From: an uncultured delta proteobacterium
Lineage (GTDB): Bacteria > Desulfobacterota > Syntrophia > Syntrophales > UBA2192
Reading direction: 5' to 3'
NCBI GenBank assembly: GCA_963705165.1
Contig: CAVPJD010000030.1
Coordinates: forward strand, 17,686-81,685
DNA length: 64,000 nucleotides
The notes below the pieces were generated by a model. The model was not told the DNA's origin, ran no database searches, and was given only the letters and a program-made list of their open reading frames with translations. Below are positions 42,194 to 53,637 of the stretch, piece by piece (the stretch's first letter is position 1; every line of letters starts with the position of its first letter). A program made the translations under genes and the position numbers.

Positions 42194-43370
42194 TTGTCCG
42201 ATAAAGCCGTCCTGACCGGAACTTATTTCATGAACGGGGACGAGGCCTGCTGCGAAGGGCGCTCTCGCCGCGGGCTGCCGTTTCTTTGCCGGCTATCCCA
42301 TCACGCCCGGCCACGGAAGTGGCCGAGCGGATGTCGGAGCGGCTGCCCGAGATCTGGGCGGGATCTACATCCAGATGGAGGACGAGCTGGCCTCCATGGC
42401 GGCCATCCTGGGTGCAAGCTGGGGCGGCATGAAGGCCATGACGAGCACCTCCGGCCCGGGCTTTTCCCTGATGATGGAGAACATCGGCCTCGGACTCTGC
42501 ACCGAGACGCCCTGCGTCGTCTGCAACGTCCAGCGGGCCGGCCCGAGCACCGGCCTGCCCACCCTGGTCGCGCAGGGGGACATGATGCAGGCCCGGTGGG
42601 GCGCCCACGGCCACTACGAGATCATCGCCGTCTCGCCGTCTAGTCCCCAGGAGATGTTCGATTTCACGATCTGGGCCTTCAACCTGTCCGAGCAGTACCG
42701 GCTGCCGGTGATCATCCTGGCCGATGAAGTCGTGGGCCACATGAACGAGCGGGTGGTCATCCCGCCGGCAGACGAAATCGAGGTGGTGAACCGCAAGAAA
42801 GCCACGGTGCCGCCGGGAAAGTACCTGCCCTACCGTCCCGATGCCGACGGGGTGGCGCCCATGGCCAACTGCGGCGAGGGCTACCACATCCACGTGACCG
42901 GACTGACCCACGACGAGCGCGGCTATCCGGTGATGAACGCGCGGCCCAGGAGCAGATGATCGACCGCCTCGTCCGGAAAGATCCGCGAAGAACGTGGATC
43001 GAATCATCCGCGACGGAGACGTGTCCTCATGGACGACGCCGAGGTGGCGTCGTGGCCTACGGCATCAGCGTCCGCTCCGCCAAGCGGGCCGTCGCACGAG
43101 GCCCGGCAAAGGGGAATCAAGGCAGGACTCATCAAGCTCGAACACGGTCTGGCCCTTCCCCGAAGAGATGATCCGGGATCGTGGCCGGCAGGGTGCGGGC
43201 CCTGATCATGCCCGAGATCAATGACGGCCAGATGGTGCTGGAACTGGAGCGCTGCGCCGGCGGCGCCTGCCCGGTCCGGCTGGTGCCCCACTGCGGGCGG
43301 CGGCGATCATCCGGCCCGGAGCAGGATTCTCGACCGCTCTCAGAAGCGGCATTGAAGGAGACAGGCATGA
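42194..43370 (+). CDS. korA: 2-oxoacid:ferredoxin oxidoreductase alpha subunit (multiple apparent frameshifts)
   Basis: FFAGYPITP, QMEDELAS, TSGPGFSLM, QRAGPSTGLPT, TGLTHDERG spread across frames; TTG 42194 after AAGGAG. Confidence 0.85.
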
Positions 43371-44267
43371 CGCACGAAGAAACCGCAAGGCAGCCGCCGC
43401 TCCATCCCCATGGACGCCCTGCTGCGGACCGACCGGATTCCCCACATCTGGTGCTCCGGGTTGCGGCATCGGCACGGTCTTCGGCTGCGTGCTCACGGCC
43501 ATCCAGAAGTCCGGCTTCCCTCGAACAGATGGCCATGGTGTCGGGCATCGGCTGCACGGGCCGCATGGCCGGCTACATCCGGCTGGACTCCTTCCACACC
43601 ACCCACGGCCGGGCCATTCCCTTTGCCACCGGGCTGAAGCTGGCCAGGCCGGAGACTAAGGTGCTCGTGGCCTCGGGCGACGGCGATCTTTTTGCCATCG
43701 GCGGCAATCATTCATCCACGCGGCCCGGCGCAACATGGACCTGACCGTCATCTGCGTGAACAACTTGAACTACGGCATGACGGGCGGCCAGCAGGCCCCC
43801 ACCACCCCCTTCGGGGCCAAGACCACCACCAGCCCGCATCGGCACTCCGAAGAACCCTTCAACTTCTGCTCACCTGGCGGCCGCCTGCGGGGCCGTCTAT
43901 GTGGCCCGCTGGACCGCCCTTCACATCCGGCTGGCTCACGAACGCCATCACCGAGGCCATGCAGAAGAAGGGGTTTCGCTTTCGTTGAGATCCTGGCCCC
44001 CTGCCCCACGTCTTTCGGCAGGCGCAACAGGATGGGCGGCGCGCTGGACACGCTGAAGTTCTTCCACGAGCGCTCCGTCATCCGGAACCACATCGATCCC
44101 AAAGAGGCGGTGCTGGACTTCAACAAGCAGCTGGTGGTCGGGCAAGTTCGTGGACATCGAGAGGCCGACCTTCATGGACAACTACGAGGTTGATCAACCG
44201 CCGCGAACTGGCAGACTGGCCCGGGCTCGAACGGCAGATCCGAGGCCGGAGGAAACGGGCATGATGA
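43367..44267 (+). CDS. korB: 2-oxoacid:ferredoxin oxidoreductase beta subunit (apparent frameshifts)
   Basis: PHIWCSG, VSGIGCTGR, HGRAIPFATG, GDGDLFAIGGNH, YGMTGGQ, PCPT. Confidence 0.85.
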
Positions 44268-44270
44268 TCC

Positions 44271-44872
44271 ATGGAAACCGGACCGAAAAAGAGATCTTCA
44301 TCACCGGGCTTCGGCGGCCAGGGCATCGTCATGGCCGGCGACATCCTGGGCAAGGCCGCGACCCTCCATGACCTGAAGCACGCCACCATGATCCAGGCCT
44401 ATGGCCCGGAGGCCCGGGGGGGCTCCTGTTCCACCCAGGTCATCATCAGCGACGAGGAGATCCTCTTCCCATACGTACGAAGAGCCCGAGGTGCTGATCT
44501 GCATGAGCCAGGAGGGCTATGCGAAAAACATCAGCCTCGCTGCCGACCGGCGGCACTCCTCATCTGGGACACGGATCTGGTCGAGACCCGGGAGCTGGAT
44601 CCGGGTTGGACCACATACAACATCCCGGCCACGCGGTTCGCGGAGGAGCTCGGCAATAAAATGATGGCCAACATCGTCATGCTCGGTTTTCTTGCCGCCG
44701 TTGAGCGACGTCGTGCAGCGCTGGACTCCCTGCGCCAGGCCGTGCTCGGATTCGGTGCCCGCCGGCAACAAGGAAAACAACGCCGGGCCTTTGACCGGGG
44801 CCGCGAATACGGAGAGGCGATCCAGAAGAGCCGGGCAAAACAGGAGCAAGCTCCGGGAGAGCACCTGCATGA
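44271..44872 (+). CDS. korC: 2-oxoacid:ferredoxin oxidoreductase gamma subunit (apparent frameshifts)
   Basis: GFGGQGIV, YGPEARGG, NIVMLG. Confidence 0.85.
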
Positions 44873-47800
44873 AGCCGAGTCTTCTTCACGCCGGCAGCGC
44901 TGAAGAAGGCCGTCTTGCTCGTCGGCTCGGGCTACGGGGCCCTGAAGGTGGCGGAGGACCTGGCCCAGGCCGGTATCCCGGTCATCTGGGTGACCAGGCC
45001 CCGCATTTCCTGGAGCTGCCCGAGGGGTCGAGCAGTTCGCGGAATGGCCCGAAGACTCGAAGTTCCAGTTCCGGCCGCTCTACCTGCGGGTGACCCGCCA
45101 CCCCCTGGTGACCGCCCTGACCCATGCCCGGTCGAATCCATGGAGCGGACCCTGAAGGCTACCGTGTCGTCGTGGTCCAGGATCCGATCTACGTGGACTA
45201 CGACCTCTGCACCGGGTGCGGCCGCTGCATGGAGGTCTGCCCGCTGCAGAACACGGACCACCTGCCTCTTTCGCGAACGCCGGCCTATTGCCCCTCCCGG
45301 GCCCTGGAACTGGACAAGCGAAAGACGAGTCCCTGCCGCACTGGCTTGTCCTCTCGGAGTAAACGTCCAGGCCTACATGGCCCTGACCGCGGCGTGCCGG
45401 TTTGAGGAGGCCCTGGACGTCATCCGCCGAGGACAATCCTCTGCCCGGGCATCTGCGGGCAGAGTCTGCCATCATCCCTGCGAGGCATCCTGCCGCCGGC
45501 CGAGCTGGATGAAGCCGTGGCCATCTGTGCGGTCAAGCGCTTTCTGGCGGACCGGGAGCTCTCGGAGAAAAAGCCCCGCTTCGGAGAAGCCGGAAAGGAC
45601 CGCAGACCCGAGCGCATAGCCGTCATCGGCGCCGGCCCCGCCGGGCTCACGGCTGCTCATTACCTCAACCGGGCGGGGTTTCCCGTCACGATCTTCGAGG
45701 CCCACCACGAGGCCGGAGGGATGCTCCGGCTGGGCATCAATGCCTTCCGCCTGCCCCGGGCCATCCTTGATGCCGAGATCCGTGCCATCATCGAATCGGG
45801 CGTCGAGATCCGCACGGGCGCATCGATCGAGAATCTTCAGAATCTCTTCGATGAAGGATTCCGGGCGGTCCTCGTCTGCACGGGGGCTCACCGGGATCTT
45901 CGTCTGGGCATTCCCGGCGATGACGCTGAAGGGGTGCTCGGTGCCGTGGAGATGCTCCGGTCCCTTCACACCGGAAAGACGTCCGCCCTTGCGGGGCATG
46001 TGGCTGTGATCGGCGGCGGCAACTCCGCCTTCGATGCGGCCCGGGCCGCCGTCCGCCTGGGTGCCGAATCCGTAACGGTTTACTATCGACGCGAGCGTGG
46101 CGACATGCCCGCCAGCCTCTCGGAGATCCGCGAGGCGGAAGAGGAGGGCGTCCGGATCGAATTTCGCTGCGCGCCCGTGCGCATCAACGTCAAGGGCGGC
46201 AAGGTGACGGGCCTCACGCTCATCCGGATGAAAATGGGAAGATCGACAAGAGCGGGCGCCGCCGTCCGGAGACGATCGCAGGCTCCGAGTTCAGCGTCCC
46301 GGCAGACCGGGTCGTCGTGGCGGTCGGGCAGCAGCCCCATCTGGCCGGTCTGCGGGATCATGTGAAGACGGATTCCGACGGCCGGGTGAGCGTGGACAAG
46401 AAATTCTCCGCCTCCCATCCCGGTGTCTTTGCCGCGGGAGACGTGGTGACGGGCCCCGATACGGTTGTAGGGTCCATGGCGCAGGGCAGACAGGCCGCAG
46501 TCCGTGTTGCGGCAACTCTCAAGGGCGCGCGGATCTGCCCGACGGAAACGCGGAGACGCACAGCGTCGGGGAATATCTGGATGTTCCCCGGGATCAACCG
46601 AAGCTCGGGCGCGCCGTGATGCCCCTGCGCAAAGCGGCCCAGAGGCGCAGGGACTTCTCGGAGGTGGAAACGGGCTTTTCCGCCGAGCAAGCCGTTGCCG
46701 AAGCGCGACGCTGCCTCCAGTGCTCCTCGTGCTGCGAGTGCCGCGTCTGCGAATCCGTTTGCGAGGACATCGGCGCCATCGATCATACCCGCACCTCCCG
46801 AAGGATGAGTTTCGTGAGCCCTGCCGTGATCGTGGCGAGCGAGGACGAGTTCGCCCGGCGGGATCTGATGGGCAAGCAAGGCATTTACCAGGTGGGGGAA
46901 TTCAAGAGCGCCACCGACATCGTAAACGTATTGATGGCCGGCTCGTCCTCGGCAGGGCAGGCCATGGCCGACTGCCTGTCCCTGCGGCACCCCAGCATAC
47001 CCGCGGAGCCCAGGGAACTGCCGGACGACAGGGAGCCACGCCTCGGGGTATTCGTCTGCACCTGCAACGGCACTCTGGCCTCATCGGGAGCCCTCGAGCG
47101 CATCCGGAACATGGCGGCGAGCCTTCCAGGTACCGTGCACAGCGAGCTGATCGTCTCGGCGTGCCATCCGCGCGGCGCGGAGCGGATCGCTGCGGCATAC
47201 CGCAGCCGGCGGTTGAGCCGCGTCATCCTTGCCTCCTGCGTGTGTTGTCCCCTCGAGTTCCAGTGCATTGCCTGCAACGACCAGCGGAACCGCGCACGCG
47301 TTCATCTGTTCAACCGTCTTGGCCTCGACCGCTGCCGGTTCGAGATGATCAACATGCGCGATCACCTGGGCGGGCCGGAGCTCTCCGAGGACGAGGCCGT
47401 GGCCAATGCCCGGGATTTCCTGCGGGAAGCCTATCTTCGGGCGCGCCTGCTGGGCCCGCTGCGCGGCGGCACGACGAAAATGGGAAACCGCATCCTTGTC
47501 CTCGGCGGCTCCGAAGTGGGTCTGAGCTGTGCGCACATCCTTGACCTGCAGGGCTTCAATGTCCGCCTCGTCCACCGGTGCCGCCTCAAGGACGGGCCCG
47601 ACCTGCCCGAGGGCATCGCCATGCGGCCTGTTACGGACACCATCGGCAAGGGCATCACCCATGTACCCGAGGCCGTGATCGAAAATATCAAGGGACACCT
47701 GGGGGATTTCCACGTGACGGTCTCCGAGAGCGGCCAGCGCCGGAAGTGGAAAGCCGACATTGTCTGCCTGACGGACCTCAATCTGCTGACTCTGGCGATC

Positions 47801-48233
47801 CCCGTGGACATGTTCGGCCTCAAGAAGTTCTACCGGTTCAATTTCGCCTTTTTCAATACCCCCCAGATCGGCGTCTTACCGCGTGATGCCCCGGACCTTG
47901 GGACGGGTGTCGGCCTTCCAGGCGGGGGCCGCCCTGGCGGCTCATGTGGCCACCGCGGCGGCGGAGGCATTCCTGAAAGACCACGAGCTGAGCCCCCGGG
48001 TGGACCCCGAACGCTGCCGGGGGTGCGGACGCTGCGTGGAGATCTGTACCTTTGACGCCGTGCGGCTGGTGCCCAACGACCGGGGGTTCTACACGGCGGA
48101 GGTCCTGCGCCACAACTGCGTGGGCTGCGGCGGCTGCGTGGGACGCTGCCCTGTGACCGCCATGGACATGCCCTATTTCTCGAACCGGCTTCTCGAGGAG
48201 CTGACGGCATGCACCCTGGGCGAAGATCGCTGA
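44869..48233 (+). CDS. Large HdrA/GltD chimeric flavoprotein (HdrL-like; apparent frameshifts)
   Basis: HdrA-like start, CTGCGRCMEVCP, GltD block (CPLGVNVQAY, CHHPCE, GAGPAG, GGGNSA, YRR, RCLQC), HdrA N-terminal block (GVFVCTC, FEMINMRD), terminal 2x[4Fe-4S]. Confidence 0.75.
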
Positions 48234-48251
48234 TGAGAGAAGTCCGCTGAC

Positions 48252-48699
48252 ATGAAGAAGAGCGCTGAAAAAAAACGGGTGAAGACCCTCGGGATCTGCT
48301 GCAACTGGAGTCCCTTCGCCTGTTACACTGCGGCGGGGATGGCCCGGCTTGCCGTGCCGCCCGATTTCCGGCTGATGCGTGTGATGTGCATCGGCCGCAT
48401 CAACCAGGCCCTGATTCTCCGGGCGTTCGAGTTCGGCGCCGACGGCGTGATCCTGCTGGAGTGCCTAGACGAGGATTGCCGCTACGGTCCCGGCCCCGGT
48501 GTAGGCCACGAAAACGTCAGAAGGGTCCGGAGACTGCTGCACCTGCTGGGCATCGATCAGGAGCGGCTCGTGGAGTGCAGTTTCGGCGCCCATGAGAAAG
48601 AGGTCCTCGTGGAGACCCTCTGGAGGTTTGCCGACCAGATCCAGGCCCTGGGTCCGAATGACAGCGAGGGGAAGCCTCGGTGTAAAGAGACCTGCATGA
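48252..48699 (+). CDS. mvhD: MvhD/FlpD-like [2Fe-2S] protein (end approximate)
   Basis: CCNW, RVMCIGRI, AFEFGADGV, C...DCRY, GIDQERL. Confidence 0.8.
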
Positions 48700-49859
48700 T
48701 GAGCGAGATCGACCGGATCATACGGGCCCAGGTCCCTCTTCCAGTGCCTCGAGTGCGGCAAGTGCTCCGCCGCATGCCCCCGGCGCCTGACCGGCAAGGA
48801 TTACTCGCCGAGGCTTCTGGCCCACAAAGTCATCGCCGAGCGGGAGGACGAAGCCTTCATCGAGAACGCCGTCTGGGATTGCCTGAGCTGCGGGATGTGC
48901 AGCGAACGCTGCCCCTCGGGCGTCAAGTTCAGCGGGTTCATCCTGGATATGCGGACCCTGCTGGCAGAGACGAAAGGACTGCAAGGGGTACCGGGCCCAT
49001 GACGGGGCCGTCCACTCCTGGATGCGCATGATGACGGCGCCGGAGCTCAGAGCAGAACCGGCTCGACTGGGTCGCGAAGGATCTCCAGGTGGCCGACTCC
49101 GGGGACGTCGCCTTTTTCGTGGGCTGTGCCCCCTACTTCGACATCTTTTTCGCGGGCATCGAGGTGGATACGCTTTCCATCGCGAAGGACAGCATCCGCC
49201 TTCTCAATTTTATGGACATCAAGCCCGTCCTTCTGCGCGACGAGACGATGCTGCGGCCACGACCTCCTGTGGACGGGAGACCGCGAGAACTTCGAGCGCC
49301 TCTGCCGCCTGAACTACGAGACCTTCAAGTCGGCAGGGCTCAGAGAGATCGTTGTCTCCTGCCCCGAGTGCTACCACGTGTTGAGCGATCATATGCCCCG
49401 CGTCATCCCGGGATTCGATATCAAGATCACGCTGCTTCTGGATCTGCTCCAGCAGGAGGTGCGCAAAGGGGGGATGACGTTTCGCGGCCTGAAGCGCCGG
49501 GCCACGTACCAGGACCCCTGCCGGCTGGGCCGCATGGCGGGCCGCTACGCCGCGCCGCGGGAGCTGCTGGGACTGATCCCGGAGATGCGCTTTGCGGAGA
49601 TGGAAAACTCGGGCCGAGCGCTGTGTGCTGCGGCAACTGCGGCTTCATCAACTGCGATGCCCATTCCAAGCAGATCCAGGTGCAGAGGCTCCAGGAAGCG
49701 AAGGCTACCGGGGCGGACCTGCTGATCACGGCCTGCCCGAAGTGCCTGATCCACCTGACCTGCGCGGTCCGGGACCGCCTCAGGCAGGGGTCGGTGAAGA
49801 TGGAAATCCGCGACATCCTGTCCGTGCTGGCCGATCAGATCGCCTGGTACGGGGGGTAA
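48696..49859 (+). CDS. HdrD-like Fe-S protein: 2x[4Fe-4S] plus two CCG domains (apparent frameshifts)
   Basis: CLECGKCSAACP, CLSCGMCSERCP, CCGHD, SCPEC, YQDPCRLGR, CCG, TACPKC. Confidence 0.82.
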
Positions 49860-49875
49860 GGAGAAAGGAAGCGAC

Positions 49876-52329
49876 ATGCAAACGTCTGAATCCCGCGACA
49901 GCGTCCGCATCGGAGTGTATGTCTGCCACTGCGGGTCGAATATCGCAGGTGCCGTGGACTGCGCCGCCGTCGCCGCCTATGCCCGGACACTGGCCGGGGT
50001 CGTCCACACCCGCGACCAGGGCTACACCTGCTCGGAGCCCGGGCAGGCGCAGATCAAGCAGGACATCCGCGAATTCGGGCTCAACCGCATCGTCGTGGCA
50101 TCCTGCTCTCCGCGGCTGCACGAGCCCACATTCCGCAAGTGCGTAAGCGAGGCGGGCCTCAACCCCTACCTCATGGAGATGGCCAACATCCGCGAGCAGT
50201 GCTCCTGGGTGCACAGCCTCGATCGAGAGGGAGCCACCGCCAAGGCCCGCGACCTGGTGCGCTCTGCCGTGGCCCGTGCCCGGCTCCTGGATGTCCGCAC
50301 GGAGCTCGAGGTGCCCGTGCGCCGATCCACCCTCGTCATCGGCGGCGGCGTGGCCGGAATCCAGGCCGCCCTCGACCTGGCCGATGCGGGCTATCCCGTC
50401 GTCCTGGTGGAGAGGCAGCCCAGCATCGGCGGCATCATGGCCCAGTTGGACAAGACGTTCCCCACCATGGACTGTTCCATCTGAATACTCGGGCCGAAGA
50501 TGACGGATGCCGGTCGGCATCCCCGGATCACGGTTCTGACGCAGAGCGAGGTCAAGGAGATCACGGGCTTCGTGGGGAACTTCCACGTCAAGGTCCTCAA
50601 GCGGGCCCGCTACGTGAAGGAAAAGGAGTGCACGGCCTGCGGCGACTGCACGCAGGTCTGCCCCGTTGTCGTCCCCGACGAGTTCAACATGGGACTGAGC
50701 TCCCGCCGGGCCATCTACTCGCCCTTCCCCCAGGCCGTCCCGTCGGCCTACGTTGTGGACATCCGGCACTGCCTGGGCCACAACCCGATCATCTGCGGCA
50801 AGTGCATCGAGAAGTGCGCCAAGCGCTGCATCGACTTCAACATGAACGACGAGGAGCTCAGCTTCGACGTGGGTACGATCGTCGTGGCCACGGGAATGGA
50901 GCCCTATCGACCCCAGGGCCCTCGACGAGTACGGCTACACCCGCCACGAGAACGTGCTGACGAGCATGGAGTTTGAGCGCCTCATCAATGCCGGCGGGCC
51001 CACGCATGGCCACGTGATCCGGCTGACGGACCGAAAGACACCCCGAATTCCGTGGCCTTCATCCAGTGCGTGGGATCGCGCTCCCCGCAGAGGGGCCACC
51101 CGTACTGCTCGAACATCTGCTGCATGAACACGGTGAAAAGCGCCATCATGCTCAAGGAGCACGACCCGGAGATGGAGGTGAAGGTCTTCTACATCGACAT
51201 CCGGGCCTTCGGCAAGGGCTTCGAAGATCTGTTCCGTCGGAGCAAGGGCATGGGGGTCCGGTACATCCGGGGACTGCCGGGCTCCGTCAAGCAGGATGCC
51301 GCAAGCCAGGACCTCATCCTCACCGTGGAGAACACGGCCACGAACGAACTGGACACCTACCGGGCGGAGATGGTGATCCTGGCCGTGGGGCTGGAGCCCC
51401 CGGCGGAGATGAAGCACATCCAGGAGATGCTTGCCCTGCAGAAGACCTCCGACGGTTTCTACCTGGAGGCCCACCCGAAGCTCCAGCCCGTGGATTCGGC
51501 CACCGCGGGGGATTTTCTTTGCGGGCTGCGCGGAAGGACCCAAGGACATCAAGGACTCCGTCACACAGGCCTCGGCCGCGGCCGCCCGGGCCATGCGCCT
51601 CATGAACCCGGAGCAGCTGACCGTGGAGGCCATCACGGCTGAGGTCGACGAAGAGCTCTGCAACGCCTGCGGCCTGTGCGCCAAGGTCTGCCCCTACAAG
51701 GCCATCACCGTGGATGCCAAGTCCAAGATCCCCGCAAAGGTGACGGAGGCGGCCTGCTCGGGCTGTGGCACCTGCTGCGGCGGAGTGTCCCGTCGGTGCC
51801 ATCCGGATGAACCACTTCACCGACGAGCAGATCGAGGCCCAGATCGACGCCATCCTGGCGGAGGAGCCGCAAAAGCGGTCCTCGGTATTTGCCTGCAACT
51901 GGTGCTCCTATGCCGGGGCCGATTTCGCCGGTGTCTCGCGCCTGGCCAGTATCCTCCGGCAACCGCGGCTGATCCGGACCATGTGCTCCGGCCGCGTCCA
52001 TGAGAAGTTCGTCTGGCGCGCCTTTGAGAAGGGCGCCCCGGTGGTTCTCGTGTCGGGCTGTCATATCGGCGATTGCCACTACATCAACGCCAACCACTGG
52101 ACGGAGCGCCGCGTCAAGCGCATGTGGAAAAAGATGGAGAAGCTCGGCCTGCGGCCGCGAGCGGCTCGGGCTCGAGTGGATCAGCGCAGCGGAAGGCATT
52201 CGATTTCAGAAGGTGATGGAGGACATGGAGGGCCTGCGCAGGACCGTGACGGCAGAGGAAATCGCCGCAACGCAGCAGATCCTGCAGAAAGAGCAAAAAA
52301 AGCGGACCGGAAGGGATGAAGATTTGTGA
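49876..52329 (+). CDS. hdrA: Selenocysteine-containing HdrA fused to C-terminal MvhD (UGA at 50482-50484; apparent frameshifts later)
   Basis: GVYVCHCG, ASCSPRLHE, ANIREQCSWVH, GGGVAG, KTFPTMDCSI-UGA-ILGPKM in frame, FIQCVGSR, YCSNICC, EAHPKL, CNWCSYAGAD, GCHIGDCHY. Confidence 0.88.
50505..50522 (+). promoter_or_regulatory. Bacterial SECIS element
   Basis: GGATGCC-GGTC-GGCATCC hairpin beginning 21 nt after the in-frame UGA. Confidence 0.8.
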
Positions 52330-52358
52330 TTGAAATGGGCGGCAGATAAAGCCGCCGG

Positions 52359-52457
52359 TTACGTACTCTGGGAGCCTACTGCTCTGCGAATGGTGTCGGC
52401 CAATTCTTCGGTATCGCACCCTTTCAGGTTGTATCCCATGGCGCCGGCACGCATCAT
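52359..52457 (-). pseudogene. C-terminal remnant of a response-regulator receiver domain
   Basis: Translates MMRAGAMGYNLKGCDTEELADTIRRAVGSQST*, matching the AGAxGYxxK...EL...IR end of receiver domains; the N-terminal part is missing. Confidence 0.55.
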
Positions 52458-52470
52458 GGGAAGAGATGCA

Positions 52471-53637
52471 TTAATTACTTCCCAAGACGACTTTCTTTCC
52501 TAACAAGGATGACTTGCCCAAGGTAATCTTGAGATATTCCAGCATCAATTCTTCAATCATTTGTTCTTTAGGGGTGTTTGCATAGGAATCCTGTTTTATT
52601 TCATCTGTTTTGATTTTGCCGCTCCGAACGGCCAAGGCCTGCTGAGCCTCCTGCAAGGCAGCATATTTTACCACTAAATCATTCAACGGTAAGGATGAAA
52701 GCTGTTGATACGTCAAGGCTATCCGGCTTGGCGCGGGCAAGTTTGGCGATTCCAGGATAGCTTTTGAATTCCTGGCACGTCGCTTCATTCCCTTGACGAC
52801 ATGCTCTGTTTGGATAAAATTGATCTCGGACCAGCCGCCCCGAATCCATTGAAACATGCCGGACCTGACCATGGATGGCGAAGAGCCTGACTCGACAAAG
52901 ACTGCAACCGAAAAATAGTTATAGATATAAGATTTAATCCACCCCAGGCCTGTTTTGGCCGAGCCGGGTACGCCCGAATAATAGTAATTCCAATCGTCGT
53001 CGTTCCCCAGGATGAAGCCTTTTTTACCGACGTCGGATATATCGATCTGTTTGGAAATGGAAATCAGCGCTTGCCGCCCCTTGTGGTTGAGAAGGATGAG
53101 AGTTCTTTTTAGGTCGTATTCATAATAGATGCCGGTAGTGAGGTCAGGAGTGATACCGTCGCGTTGTAATCCGGAAATGATTACAGGCTTCCCACCTGGC
53201 AATGGCGCTTTCCAGCTGCCGGGCAATGTTTGTAAGTCCTTCCATAGTGAATATCGCAGAGAAGATGGGCTCATAAGAGCCGATGGAATTTTGCTGTTAT
53301 ACGAGTATTGCAAGAAACTGGCGAAGTTGATCTTGGTGTCGAATTCATAATAGGCTCCGGTAGCTTCCTGGATTTTTGGAAGAGCGGTTTCTTTATTTGA
53401 TTTCGGCTCGAGGACATAATCCACGAGGGTGGCGACGGCCTGGGCGTCGAGCCCTGTTTTGGGATCAGCGCAGAAGGCAACTAATTTCATCGTCGCGACG
53501 GCGATAGGGCTGGAACTGTCCGAGGGCGAATTGGCTAATGCTGGTTGATATTGAAAAAATGTCAGCAGTGAAACGATAAGCGTTATCGATAGCCATCGGA
53601 AGCCAATGGCGGGGTTCGTTGTCCTTTTTTTCATCAT
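52471..53637 (-). CDS. Exported hypothetical protein
   Basis: 388-aa ORF with signal peptide (…QPALA); visibly more AT-rich than its neighbours. Confidence 0.8.
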   Translation of the reverse strand: MMKKRTTNPAIGFRWLSITLIVSLLTFFQYQPALANSPSDSSSPIAVATMKLVAFCADPKTGLDAQAVATLVDYVLEPKSNKETALPKIQEATGAYYEFDTKINFASFLQYSYNSKIPSALMSPSSLRYSLWKDLQTLPGSWKAPLPGGKPVIISGLQRDGITPDLTTGIYYEYDLKRTLILLNHKGRQALISISKQIDISDVGKKGFILGNDDDWNYYYSGVPGSAKTGLGWIKSYIYNYFSVAVFVESGSSPSMVRSGMFQWIRGGWSEINFIQTEHVVKGMKRRARNSKAILESPNLPAPSRIALTYQQLSSLPLNDLVVKYAALQEAQQALAVRSGKIKTDEIKQDSYANTPKEQMIEELMLEYLKITLGKSSLLGKKVVLGSN

